This document shows positions 29,955 to 43,277 of a DNA stretch of 64,000 bases, piece after piece. The DNA comes from the human T2T-CHM13v2.0 reference genome, Homo sapiens. The notes below the pieces were generated by a model. That model searched no databases and was not told where the DNA came from. It worked only from the letters and a program-made list of their open reading frames with translations. Where the stretch lies: NCBI RefSeq assembly GCF_009914755.1, contig NC_060940.1; one strand, given 5' to 3'. The position numbers were made by a program, and so were the translations under genes. Each line of letters starts with the position of its first letter. Positions within the stretch are counted from its first letter, which is position 1.

Positions 29955-30225
29955 TCATTAATGAATTAATTTAAAATGTTTCTTGATTACCGTCTTTTGC
30001 CAGGAATTATTCTGGGTCTCAGATTAAAAAAATAATAATAATAATGAAGAAAAGCCCTGCTCCTGTTGACCTTACATTCTAGTAGAGAAGAGAACTGGAC
30101 AAGTAAACAAATAAGCTAATTTTACATAGTTGTAAGTGCTATGGAAGAAATGAGCAGGATGGTATTGTGGAGGATAATCAGAAGAAGAATACTTTAGATA
30201 GATGGTCAAAAAACTGCTCTCTAAA
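29955..30225 (-). mobile_element. L2 LINE remnant
   Basis: CCCTGCTCCTGTTGACCTTACATTCTAGT...GTAAACAAATAA...GTAAGTGCTATGGAAGAAA. Confidence 0.65.
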
Positions 30226-31743
30226 AACATTGCAAAATTTCAGTGATTCGGGCCAGCAGCTTTGTCATCTAATAAGCATCTAATTGTTGTGGCCAATTCT
30301 GGAAATTAATATTTCTCTCAAGGTCCAGTGTTGAAGATGCCCACAATCCACTGATCCTTATTTTTATATACAAACCAGATAACTCTCACCAAACAAATAA
30401 ACAACATTGTTCAAATTTGGACTTTGGCAGATATGTGGTAAATATTCATTTGGAGACTAGCTGAAGACTAATCAACAACTATACTTACTGAGTCATCTAA
30501 CCAGATACTGTATGGAAGATGAAATGCACACCAGAAAAATTAAATACTATAGATTCTGCCTTTGAGGAATTTTTCATATATTAGGAAGCATATCATCTAT
30601 TGCTTGGAATATTTCTACAGCACATAGGCTATTCAGAATAGAGCTTTACATTTTACAATACAATGCTCACTACAATATTATGAAGTCAGTGGTACATCCT
30701 TATTTTACATAGAAGAAAAATGAGGTTTTAAGGGCTTATGCTACTTGTCTAAGGCCACTTAAGTACTGTAATAAGAAGCATAGTCTAGACATGAACTCAA
30801 ATTTTCTAACCTAAGTTATGATGCTTCTTTCATTTTCCCACATTGTACTAAGTGGAGTACAAAGAAAGGAAGACTCATCTCTCAGATTTTCCTTAAGGTG
30901 TAAAGCATGATAGGAATGTAGAGTAGACCTATTATCCTAGAGTGAGTCATAGTTGGTTCTGAAAGCACTGAAACCTGTTATTGGATTGTTGTAAAGATTT
31001 CATTGCATTTATACCATCTTAGTCTCACAATCACCCAGTGAAGTTCTTCAAGAGTCCATTTGAACCTCTCTTCCAGAACATTCTAAGCCATTACAGCCTC
31101 CAATGATAAACGGTACCCAATTCTGGACTCAGATTGCTCTACTCCAACCTTACTTTGTTGATGGAATCTTGTTGTTCTCAGTAACCCCTGTTCATGGTAC
31201 AGGTCCCCAACTAGATCCTACAGAACCTGTGGGCAGAGCTGTGCCTCCCATTTTGATTCACAGCCGGTAGTAAGCTAGAGTCTGCTCATAAGAAGGAGAA
31301 AAAAAATGGTCTTATAATCTCCATTTTACAGATCAGAAAACAGAGACCAAGATACATAATGTGGTTTCCTCAGTGACTCAACTAGTTAGAGCCAAAACCA
31401 CATCTAGACACAACATCTCCAGAAGGCCGGTATATACTCACTTCCCAAAATGCTCAATTCCCATAAATCCCATCTCCCCTAAACCACCCCACAGGGATCC
31501 TTGGCATTGAGAATTACCGAAGATGTAACAAGCCCTAAACTGGGAATCAGGAGGGCCTGTGTTGCAGATCTGTCTCAGCAATTGAATAATCCAAGAAACT
31601 TATTTTGTTCAATCAACTATAGTTATTCAGTGTCAACCGTGTGCACTTATGAGCACACTCACATAAGCATTGTTTTAGGCCTTTTGGGAAAAACATATTC
31701 TAATTGTGCAACATGTTCTATGAATCTGGCACTGTGATAAGCA

Positions 31744-31746
31744 TTA

Positions 31747-31797
<51 letters not shown>
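31744..31797. repeat. Compound (TG)n(TA)n microsatellite
   Basis: Direct observation. Confidence 0.95.
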
Positions 31798-31798
<1 letters not shown>

Positions 31799-31894
31799 AA
31801 ATTCATCTTTGTAAAAGTACATTTTGTAACCTACTTTAACATACAAATAAAGTGGCTTCCCCAGGGTCATACAGGTGGCAAGTGGAAAAGCCAA

Positions 31895-32420
31895 GAATGC
31901 TTCATTCCTTCAGTGAATATTTACCAGGCACTGGCCCAGCCCTGGGGATCCTGAAAGGAGTGGCCAGGCTATAATCCTTGTTTTCTTGGAGCTCATGTTT
32001 CAGGTAAAGAAACAGATAATAAATCTATAGACTAATAAATTAACACGACAATTGCCATTGGTTATACCTGTTATATGATCACATAAAATGGGATAGGCAG
32101 GGATACCTCTCTATGTGACTACTCAGACCTGAGATTGGATTGACCAGGAGACAGCCATGCCAAAATTTGTCAGAACTTTCCAGGAAAAGAGGACTACAGG
32201 TATAAAGGCCCTAAAAAGAGAACAAAGTTGGCATATTGAAGGGGCAGAAAAAAAGACACATCTGTCTGGGGAAGCGTGAATAAGAGGAGACCGAGAAGAT
32301 GAGGTCAGAGAGGTTGGCTGCAATCAGGTTATGAAGAACATACTGGCATGGTAAGAAATTTGGATTTTATTCCCTATGATAGGAAATCACTGCAGGCATC
32401 ATCTTTACGTATGATTGTTT
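31895..32420 (-). mobile_element. L2 LINE remnant
   Basis: TTCATTCCTTCAGTGAATATTTACC...AAAGGCCCT...GATGAGGTCAGAGAGGT...TTTGGATTTTATTC. Confidence 0.7.
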
Positions 32421-33942
32421 TTAAAAATGGCTCTTGTTCTGTTTGTTTTTCCCTTTCAATAAGCAAGTTCTCTAAAACTAGAGGTAATATTCAAAAAGTA
32501 AAATAGAAGAAACAAGTTTCTAAGAGACCAAGATGCTACATTCTACAATTAGGCTAATTTGTTTTAGACTTGTCCTGGAATGAGGCATTTGTTAAAGGAA
32601 AATATGTCTTACCCTTACATACCTTTCAACCTACAATAACATGGTGCCTGAATCACTTCTAGGAACAGAAGTCTAGCATTACAGTTGAAACCCATACACA
32701 CAATTAGAACTTCTAATATTTTTAGTACACTAATATTTCTTATTTTCTTTGTAGGCAGATCAAGAACCTGATAGGAAGGTTGTAAGCCAGGGGGTGATGT
32801 GACCCGAATTACATTTGAAGAGTTTCCCTGGTTGCGTCTGGTGAATGGTCTGTAGGGTCAACAGTGAGAACAGGATTGTTGCCCCTGAATCCTGGGCTCT
32901 CTGCCTCAGAAGGCAGATGTTCCTTCTTACCTTGAAGAGACCTCAGTTCAGGAAGGATAAGGGCTGACATGAATATCAGGTGGACAGTGACAGTGGGAGA
33001 GAGAGGATACCCAAGGCCCACCTGTTTTTCTATCTCTAGGTTAAAGAATTGGATTTAGTACCTTCCTGCTCTCCAATGCCTGTGTTTCATCCAAGACACC
33101 CGTGGGCACCAGGGCCCCACCCTGAGCACTGAAGTCAATCCCACCTTTCTTTGTGATATGTTCCATGTTTATGTCCCTTCACTCTTGCTCTGTAGTCATC
33201 TCATCCCCCTGCCGCCCTGGCCTGTTACGTAGTTCTCATGGCCCACTCTGTTCATCCCCTCTCCTCATGCTCATACATGCATGGAGAAGAATTTAGTCCT
33301 TCCTCCTTCCTAAGCATCTGTTCTCAGACACCAGGAAACCTTGACAAAACCCTACTTCAGAGTCTGGGTAGGCAGGACTTGGCCAGCTGAGCCTCCCACA
33401 GCCTCCTGAAGATGGGAGGCTGTGATATTCACTGATGGCCTGCATTCTAAGAAGGACCCTCTGACAATCTGAATGGATGCCCATAAGAGGTGGAGCAGTA
33501 AATGAGGTAAACTCCACAGAGCCACTTCCCTGCTTTGCCACACAAAGCCAAGTTTCCCAACCTTAGAGGAACCAGGGCAAAAAAAATAAATAAAAATAAA
33601 AGCAAAATCCCAAAAGACACCAAAGCAATAAACAAGTAAGCAAAACTTTCCTGTACAGACTCTCAAAAACCCTAGCAGAAGCCCTGCAATCTTCATATCA
33701 AATTATTTAACCTTCTTAGGGTCAGTAAGACTAAGTCACAGTGGTAAAACAGCTGGTAATTGCCTACTGGATTTATGCAGAAACTATGGGGACTTTTGAG
33801 CATTCCCCTCAACTTGACCCAGCCAGAGCTACTCAGCTACACAAATGACCCTGCTGCTGCTTCTCCAGTGTTACCTGAGTAGACTTTTCCATGTACAGAA
33901 GAGTAAACTGAGGTTAAGTCATTTACTCAAGAGGTCACACCC

Positions 33943-34123
33943 TAGCTGAACATGGTGTTGTATACCTGTAGTTTCAGCTACTTGGGAGTCTGAGACAGAA
34001 GGGTTGCTTGAACCCAGGAGCTCGAGGCTACAGTGAGCTATGATTGAGCTACTGCACTCCAGCCTGGGCAATAGAGTGAAACCCTGTCTCTTTAAAAAAA
34101 AAAAAAAGAAAGAAAGAAAAAAA
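33943..34123 (+). mobile_element. Alu right arm (FRAM/AluJ)
   Basis: AGCTGAACATGGTG...GCACTCCAGCCTGGGCAATAGAGTGAAACCCTGTCTCT plus A tail. Confidence 0.88.
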
Positions 34124-34689
34124 GACATCTGCAAAGAGGTCACTCACATCCTGCTCAAATGTAGGTAGCCAGGGGCAACAGAAGGATCTGAGATTGGAAT
34201 CAGATGGAACTGGATCCACAACTCCTCACTGCTACGTATGTCCTGTGACCTGAGACCGTAACCTTTAGTGAGGATCTTGGATGGGAGATGGGTTGGGATG
34301 GGTATAAAGAGAGGAGAGAAAGTACAGAGGGATAATTGTAAGCATTTAATGATATGACACATGTAGAAACCCTGGCACATAATAGGTACTCAATAAATAC
34401 TAGTCTTCATCTTCCTTCAAAAAACAAGCCTAACCCGGGCATCTTAGCTTCTAACCCAAGTTCTTCTCTGTAAGATTCAGCACGGTGTGTCCTATAGAAC
34501 TTGTCCAGATTAAAGACAATTTCTTCTATTTTCATTTATACCTATATAAGACAAAATGAGTTAGAGAAAGATAATAGAAATTGTCTGATACAACCCTTTT
34601 ATTTTACAGATGAGGAAAACAGGCTGAGAAAGAGAAGAGCTTGCTCAATGTCACACAGGAAGTTGGTAGGACAAGAATCCAAGTCAGTG

Positions 34690-34800
34690 GAGATATATAT
34701 ATAAAATGTATATATCACATATATATGTTATATAACATATAACTTCATATAACTTTGATATATATGATGTATCTATGTTATATATAACATATATATAAAA
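34690..34800. repeat. (TA)-rich low-complexity tract
   Basis: Degenerate TA repeats. Confidence 0.85.
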
Positions 34801-35361
34801 TACAAAGAATGGCCTAGGGACATGTGAAAAAACTATAAACAGCAACAATACAGTGATAATACCTACAATTTGTGTATCCTTTCCTATGTTCTTAACATGC
34901 ATTAACCCATGAAATCTTCACAATAGGCTTGTGCACTACATTCTAATAGTGGCCCCTGTGTAATAGCTTTCTAAGGTTTTACAATGATGAAGTCAGAATT
35001 GGAACTAGGACTCTTGGACTCTAAAGCCCTGCTCTCATTCACCATGCTGGACAGCCTCCCTTCTTGATTTACTGAGCACCAGTAATTTGCCTAAAATGGA
35101 ATCACCTCTAGAGCACATAAAGTTTGAGACAATTAACATTTTACTGGGGAGAAATGAAATATATACATGAAATAGTGATTTACAGCAATCAAAGACAACA
35201 TACTCAAAGTGATGAGATGCTAAGTTATCCAGGTTTGAGAGAAGAAAAAAAAGAATATGGTTAGAGAAGTGAAGGAGGTCTTTCCAGAGAACATGTCACT
35301 TGAGCAGGCCTGGAGAACAGTTCTGCCCTGGGAGCCCATGCTGGTGTGCCCTGTTTGGGTG

Positions 35362-36282
35362 GTGTGGTGGTTTTAAAATTCTTTGATATTCCTCCCGTCA
35401 AGAGGCATAGTTGAGATTTCCCCTTCAATATGAGTAGGACTCAGTAACTCACTTTTAACGAATACAATATGGGAGAAGTAACAATGTTTGACTTTTCAGA
35501 CTAGGTCATTGTATTACTCCATTCTCACACTGCTATAAAGAACTTCCTGAGACTGGGTAATTTATAAAGGAAACAGGTTTAATTAACTCATATTTCTGCA
35601 TGGCTAAGGAGGCCTCAGGAAACATAATCATGGCAGAAGAGGAAGCAAACATGTCCTTATTCACATGATGGCAGGAAGGAGAAGTGCCTGGCAGAAAAGA
35701 AAAAGCCCCTTATAAAACCATGAGATCTCGTGAGAACTCACTCACTGTCATGAGAACTGCATGGAAGTAACTGCCTCCATGATTCAATTGCCTCCCACCA
35801 GGTCCCTCCCATGACACCTGGGGATTATGGGAACTATAATTCAAGATGAGATTTAGGTGGGGACACAGCCAAACCATACAAGTCTTAGAAGGACCTGTGG
35901 CTGCTTTCCTCTTTCTTAGATCAATTGCCCTCTGGAATGCCAGATGTCATGATATGGGCATACTCAACAGCCCTGTAGAGAGACCCACAAGGTAATAAAC
36001 AGAAGCCTCCTGTCCATCACCTATAAGAAATTGAGATCTCTTGCTAACAGCTATCCTTTTTGAAGAGGATTCTCCATCTCCAGATTGACATCAAGTCTTT
36101 AGTTAACTGCAGCCCTGACTGACATCCTGCCTGTAACCTCATGAAAGACCCCAAGCCAGAACCACACATCTAAGCTGCTCCCAAAGTCTCTGACCCATAG
36201 AAATTGTGAGATAATAAACATTAGTTGCTTTCAGCTACTAAGTTTGGGGGTAATTAGTTACACAGTAATACATTATTAATCC
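35362..36282 (+). mobile_element. MLT1E/F-like solo LTR split by a THE1 insertion
   Basis: TGTGGTGGTTTTAAAA start; CCAGAACCAC...CTAAGCTGCTCCCAAA...CTACTAAGTTTGGGGGTAATTAGTTACACAG end. Confidence 0.78.
35510..35881 (-). mobile_element. THE1 solo LTR
   Basis: TGTATTACTCCATTCTCACACTGCTATAAAG...GGTGGGGACACAGCCAAACCATA; 5-bp TSD GTCAT/GTCTT. Confidence 0.9.
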
Positions 36283-38856
36283 AGATGACAACGTATATAT
36301 ATATTGAATGGCTGTGAAAAATAAAGAGGATGAAGAGAAGAAAGTCAATTACAGATTCCACATTTTCAAACTCTAGTTCAAACGTTCTGAAATCCCTATG
36401 AGGCAGGTTAAGCTGGAGTTAAGTGCAGGAAAACTGTTTCTCCAAGTTAATAGCCAGGGACCAATTTTCTGAAAACTCAGTTAGTAAATTTACCAAACAA
36501 CTATCCAGGGTTACTATGTGTCATCAAGAATGGTGAATACTAACTAATCTTTCTCTCAAGGGGAGTCAAGTGGCTCCAAACTAGAAATATTCCTCTCCAA
36601 TGTACCTAAGGACAGTGGAAAAAACCAAGGCTTCTCATGTGTGATCTGACTTTGTAATTACAATTTCAGGTAGCAATCATTAAGCACACACCCCACCCCT
36701 CAATTTACAGATAAGCATCTACCTACATGCACACACATCAGCCAGCAAAACAGGATTCATTACCAGTGCCGTGTCCTTCATCTGGGTCACCCATCACAGA
36801 AACATCCACCACACCATAATCTTAAAGAAATTATTACCATTTGTGGTTCTAAATAGGACCACATTATTTTCTACAAGTGTCAATTTTCCCCTGCAATATT
36901 ACATTTTCCAACATTTAGTTTTTTAGCATTTTGCCATGACTATCTGTGTAGATTAGAAAGGTTCTTAACTGTTATCTGTAATAGATTTTGCCTGTAGCAA
37001 AATTCATGCAGGCATAATAGAAGAACAAAGTGTACTCTGATGAAATTGCAACCATAATTTCCAGATGCCTGACATTTATTGCTTATTGCTATTAGAATTC
37101 AAGTGCCTATTTGTTTTGTACTTTGCTTTTATTCTTGCATCACAACATATAATGGAAAAAAGATATTTTAAATGTTGGGTTAAGTATCACAGATCAACAT
37201 GAGGAACCAACATAATCAACACTACTTAAACATACTCCTAGGCAATTAATTTTTAAAGAATCAAATTGGTGTACCACATCAAAATTTATAACGATACTGT
37301 AAAGGGTGTTACATTCTTTATTGTTTAATTAAAAGCAACATTTAGCACTCATGCAGCTAACCGTTAAGACATCACAACATAAAAGGTTTTGCTTATCATT
37401 ATGGTGAGGGAGGTACAACTCACTCTTTACATTACACCTTTGATTACTAAATGTTAATTGTACTTTACTAGGCAGTATTAATTTATCAAATTATCAGAAA
37501 AAAACATGTAAAGGGCTGTAAGAAGCACAGCCCATCCTACAGTGACCAGTGCATCGATGATACTTGATAAATGGATAAACATTAGCATCTTAAAAGAAGA
37601 AAACAAATGGGTTTGATGTCTACTGTGTTGATGAAGTTGAATCTGGAAAATAACATAAAGCAAAACATGCATAGCTTCAGGGAAAGACACAAGAAAATGA
37701 ATATATAGAACAGAAAGAAGAGACCCAGGAAATAAAAGCAAACGCAGAAAATTCTGCTGACAGATTCCAGCTTAAAAAAAGAACAGAAAAGAAAAGCATT
37801 TTCTAACCATGTGGGTTTAGACAGATACAGAGGCCTGAAGATTTGAGATGGGAGATGATGCCGTCAAAATCAAATTAGGATATTTGCCCAATACACAGGG
37901 CACTGCCCAAATGATAAAACTGTATTTAGGCTCTGAAGAAACAAAATGGCAGATGGAATGAGGGTATCTTGCCTCGACTGTCAAGTTCATGCACCAGCTA
38001 GACTGAATTAAAGAATGTCAAGGGAGCCTGGAAAGAATGTAGAGACCAACTAGGCTCTAACACAGGCCCTTTTTGTTAATTTCCCATCAGCAACTCCACA
38101 TTAGGAAAAATGTTTTCTAATAAATTGCATACTCCAGAATGGCCAATATGATGCTATTGCAGCCATTACACAACTTCTATTGATCTTTTGTAATACTGAA
38201 AGTAGCTTTTGGACTCCAAGGCTGCTGTTCAGACCCCAACCCAATGTGTGCTATGATTGAAAACTGATGCCTTCCTAATACTGATGACAGTTAAGATTGA
38301 CTCCAAAGATGGGAGTCACACCCAGGAAGCATCGAGACACTGGCTTGCTCTATAAAGGCAGCCCCACATATGAGTACTTTCTATAGAGGAAGGACCACAG
38401 CCTCATGAGCTACCAAAAAGTCTGCCTGGCCAGAGATCGTGCAAGTTTACATCCTCCTTGGAATTAGCTGAATGACCATGTAACAGGACACACACCTTCG
38501 AGCCTGGGTTCTGACATGACTTCTGGGTAACTGTTCTCAGAGGTTTATATGGCACTGGAGGATTCCAAAGAAACAAGGCACTACCACTCCCCTCAAGGAG
38601 CCTATAGAGAGCATGCCTGCGTGGCAAGACAGCAGAGTTACACAGAAGCCTGCAGATAGGTGAATACATCACAACTACTTTAATTTCTGTAGCTGACCTC
38701 ATCTTCTTGATAGCACCTCATCCCTAGTCAAAAAAGGAAGGGAAGTGGAGAGACTCATGTCATCTATTGGTATTTCAGTTTCCTCTGATTCAAGTAGTGT
38801 CTTTGAGGTAATTGAGTCTCTTTCTGTAAACAGATTTTGGAAATGTCTTTGTGTAC

Positions 38857-38857
<1 letters not shown>

Positions 38858-38901
<44 letters not shown>
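38858..38901. repeat. (TG)n microsatellite
   Basis: Direct observation. Confidence 0.95.
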
Positions 38902-38904
<3 letters not shown>

Positions 38905-39879
38905 CAGCAGATGGGAGTGCTGGATTCAATTCAATCAAACAATTCCATCAAAAAACATTTCTTGGACCTTTGATGAGTTTGAATACAGGCTTAGGATGGT
39001 GGATCTAACCACATAGGCAGCCTCTATTGATACAGGAAAAGAGGCACCCGGATAAAATAGCATTTTAGGAAAATGATTCTAGTAGGATTAATATGAAAGA
39101 GCAAAAATTCCAGTTCTGTAATCCAGGCATAGGTTACTACAGCAACGCCATGGTAGTGGTAGCAAGAGTGGACATGAGACATGGGTCTGAGAAACACTTA
39201 TGTGGAGGTCAAGATGTAGGAAGGAAGAGGACGAAGAAGGGAGAAGGGGAAGGGAACAAGGTTGGCATTAGAAATGAACAGCCTGGTTGGGGTATTTCTT
39301 TGACATATTACATTTCAAGAGTCAACAGGACTTGCAAATAAATTTTTTTTCTAGGTATTGGATTTTTATGACACATATTGCAATTAAAACTATGAGAATC
39401 ACTAATGCTAAACCACTCTATTTGATAGTTCCCTGAAACTTACAATATATCAAGGCAGGAGAATAAAGGATCAGAGAGAAGACTCTGTCCACCCATCCTA
39501 ACTTCCATTTCTCAAATTACTGAATGACTGAACACAATAGGATGGTAACTTTTTTTTGGAAGGTAACTTTTTTTAGTGAAATGTCTTAGACATTAAAAAA
39601 TAAAGATATGGAGAGCAATATAATCAATATTTACATAAACACAAGAGGATCATTTTTGAAACGTGCTTTGAAGAACAATTAATTCAAGGGGAACACTGCT
39701 AGAGACCGCTTAACATCAAATATGGCATTCTTCTTCATCAATCCCTCAAAAATTTTATGTAAAGAATTTTCTGTGACTGCTTTACTCCTTTTTTCTATGA
39801 AGTGAGTCACCAGATCCCAAAATTGCCTTAATTTCTTAGGAGAAATAATACATAAATGTGGTTTTAAGATCCAAAAGGC

Positions 39880-40530
39880 ACACAATATTATAAAATTTTA
39901 AAGTACAAGTCTCCCTTCTTGCCCAACTCTTTGCATTTCAAAGATAAATATCATTAAAATTTTCTCATATGCCCTTCCAGATATAATGATCATAAAAATG
40001 TAAAACCATACTTATATTTTCATTTTTAAATTTACACAAATGAAATCATGAAGACCATTTTATAGCTTGGTTATTTTGTTCAATAACACATCCTAGGATT
40101 ATTTTATGTTTGCACACACCACTCTAACACGTTGTTTTCAACAACTGGTTGAAAGTACCTTATTTATCTAGCTGGTCCCCCTTGATGAATGTGTAGGTTG
40201 TTACCAATGTTTCATTGTTACACTCAATGCTCAAATGAACAATGTCTTGCATGTGCCTTGGTATATGTTTATAAGAATATCCATAATGTAAATTCTTAAA
40301 TATGGAGTATCTAGGTCAATGGAAACGTTCATTTTTAATTTTAGTCAATATTGCCAGATTACTCTTGAAAATGGCTTTAACAACTTACATTTTCACCGAA
40401 AGGTGTGAGAGTACCTTTATTAATCTGGCTGGTAAAACTAGATGTCATTGTCAATTTGACTTGTTTCTTTAATTACAGAGTATGACTGAATATCATTTTG
40501 TAGGGAGATCAGTTCTTTGTATTCTCTTTC
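39880..40530 (-). mobile_element. Ancient L1ME-like remnant
   Basis: TTGATGAATGTGTAGGTTGTTACCAATG...TATTGCCAGATT...CAACTTACATTTTCACC, diverged L1 3' region. Confidence 0.6.
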
Positions 40531-41099
40531 AAATTAACTTACGAAGACCTGGGAACATGCCATTGGAAAGCCTTTTTATGAAGTGCCTTCCCTCGTTTCA
40601 CATTGAGAGTTGTTACTTAAGAGGTTTCCCACGCTTGTGAAATTCCAAGAGTCACGTCTCTGGTTCAGTGAGCCCCATTAAGAGGCCACATTTCCAACAA
40701 ACATGAACAGTGCTGAAGTTGTCTTATGAAAGCAACAAAATAGAACCAATGATATTTACATCACACTCAACTTAGGAAACACAACAGTTGGTGAAATCAC
40801 CTGAAAAGAGATATTTAGTGTCTTGAGGGAGAGATCTGATTAAAGAGAAATGATGGATGGCTTAGCAGTAAAACTAATGTTAGGATACTGTCTACAGCAT
40901 AACTGAGACAGAAAAGTTAATACCAAGAATATAATTTACCTGTGCTTCTAGATACTGCCAATTTTTTGAAAGTTCTTTTTATATTCATAAACAGGGGAAT
41001 GACTGAATGGTAGTACTGAGATGACACCTTTAGCAGATGTAAAGATACAGATATAATGAATTCAGGTAATCTCACCTGTAATTAAAGGAATTCAATCCA

Positions 41100-41265
41100 T
41101 TAATGTCTTCAACGCAGACTGCATATTAGAGTCATTTGGAGAGCCTTTAAAATCATTTTAATGCCTATGTCCTACCCCAAACCCAGTGAGTAAAGACTCA
41201 ACCATTGGTATTATTTTTAAAAGTTTCCCTGGAGATTCTAATGTGCAGCCACATTTTAGAACCTC
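41100..41265. mobile_element. MER5-family remnant
   Basis: CTGCATATTAGAGTCATTTGGAGAG...TTTTAAAAGTTTCCCTGGAGATTCTAATGTGCAGCC. Confidence 0.75.
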
Positions 41266-41290
41266 TTTATTCAGAGTATCTATGAACAAA

Positions 41291-42290
41291 AGTTATCTGA
41301 AAAGGAATTCGGTGGAAAGAGACTTTATTCCAGTGAACAGTTTGCAAACCAGGGAGACACAGCCTTGGGCATAATATAAAGATGCCATGCTTTCCAGAAA
41401 ACAAAGAGGGTTTGAGTTTTGTACCAAAAGTTTCTGCCTAGGCTCCCAATCAGATCTGTTTATACAAATGAAGGGCTAAAACGATTTGATATAGTTTGGA
41501 TGTTGTCCCCTCTAAATCTTATGTTGAATTGTAATAACCAGCACTGGAGGCAGGGCCTGGTGTAGGGAGGGGTTTCAGTCACGAGGCTGGATACCTCATG
41601 GCTTGATGCTGTCCTCAGGATAGTGACTTCTTGCAAAATCTGGTTATTTGAAAGTGTGCAGCACTTCCCAAAGCTTGCTCCTGCTCTGGCCATGTGAGAT
41701 CCCTTCTCCTCCTTCCCCTTCCACCATGATTGCAAGCTTTCCGAGCCCTCCTCAGAAGCTGAGCAGATGCCAGCATCATGCTTCGTATAAAGCCTGCAGA
41801 ATCATGAGTCAATTGAACCTCTTTTCTTTGTAAATTACCAAGTCTCAGGTATTTCTTTGTAGCAATGCAAGACCAGCCTAACACACAGGCTTATTTCTGA
41901 TTGGTTGGTGCAGTTGAGTTCTGATGGTCAATACAGTGGATCCCTGATTGTTTGATACAGCTGAGCCCCCAATTCACCACCTGAGGTGAGCTCTGATTGG
42001 TTGGCTTCCAAACCTCAAACCAGAAGTCTCTGTTAAATGTTTCTTCCAAACTGCAGGTGGTGGTGCAGGGGGCTCTGACTGTGGTTTATCTTGGCACTGT
42101 CAACAGGAACTGGTTTGATTTGATTATAGAAAGAGACATCCTGTAATACTTTTACAACATCTTTCTGAGAATACAGTGTATAAGATTGCTCCCTCACCCA
42201 GCCATGACCACCTAGTTCTGTTTTAACTTTGAACAATTCAGTTAGCCATGGGGCATCCATTTTGTCTGTTGGCTTGGGTATCCTTTAACA
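41291..42290 (-). mobile_element. ERV1-class solo LTR (MER67-like, tentative) split by an MST LTR
   Basis: Reverse complement begins TGTTAAAGG...GACAAAATGGATGCCCCATGGCTAAC; repeated CTGATTGG (CCAAT) boxes; TTTATT polyA signal near 41322. Confidence 0.6.
41487..41885 (+). mobile_element. MST (MaLR) solo LTR
   Basis: TGATATAGTTTGGATGTTGTCCCC...AATTACCAAGTCTCAGGTATTTCTTTGTAGCAATGCAAG...CTAACACA. Confidence 0.9.
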
Positions 42291-42959
42291 AATCCTATAG
42301 GATCTAGCTGTATTCTCAAGAACTTCCTGAGGTCTGTAGCTAATTTAGAGACCTCTTTCTGGAGACCTCATGACTAAGCATTGCTATGACAATCTAAAAA
42401 TCAGTATTTATCATGGTATCTACTAGGAAACCATGCATACAGAAGAGTTAGCCACATCAGACATATAGGATATGATGAAGGTAAAGTTCCTGTCGGTCCT
42501 TGAAGTAATTAACGTAAACAAGCAAACAAAACAGCTTACTCTACTGATGGGAATATAATCTGGAAGTCAATTTAGCAATTTAGCAACAGATAGGCAAATG
42601 TGCCTATAAACCCTGTTTCTAGAAATCATAGATAGGCAGAAAGATACAGCATGGACTACAATGTTGACTGCTGCATTGTTTATACCACAAGATTGGAAAT
42701 AATCCATTCAATGGAACATCAAATAAGTTCAAATTCAGCTACACAATGGAACATTATACAGTAATTTAAAACAATATACTTAAAAGTATAATATGGTGAG
42801 CAAGTTAAGCATGTATTGACATAAAATAAATGGCATGAAGTTTTCAAAATATATTTTCAGTGGAAACGCAAGTTGTAAACTTGGATATGTAGCATGATCT
42901 CTTTTCTTTATAGATTGTGTAACAGTACATTTATCAAAGACTCCCTTCATCCAGGTATA

Positions 42960-43148
42960 GTTCTATCACTCATCCTTACAACCCCTGTGATGTTACTATT
43001 TTTAACCTCATTTTAAAGCTGAAACCATTGGGACACAGAGAGGTTACTAATGTTTCTGAAGTCATACAGCCAGTAAGTGTCAGGACAGGCCTTTCAAATC
43101 CACACAGTCTGGTCCAGAGCTCATGCTCTTAACTGTGACACTATACTG
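42960..43148 (-). mobile_element. MIR SINE remnant
   Basis: GGGACACAGAGAGGTTA...GTCATACAGCCAGTAAGTG...CCAGAGCTCATGCTCTTAAC. Confidence 0.75.
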
Positions 43149-43277
43149 CTGATATTGCGTTTATGTGCCCAAAATTTCTAGAAGGATAAAGCGAAGTTTT
43201 ATTTTCTACCTTTTGCTAATAAATATCTTATTTTCCCCATCATGCTCATATGTGACATAGTTTTTAAATGTTAATTT

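Noticed and set aside
32735-32790. Polypyrimidine tract plus TAG acceptor (TTCTTATTTTCTTTGTAG)
   Set aside because: Isolated acceptor-like site without a convincing donor or reading frame; common by chance.
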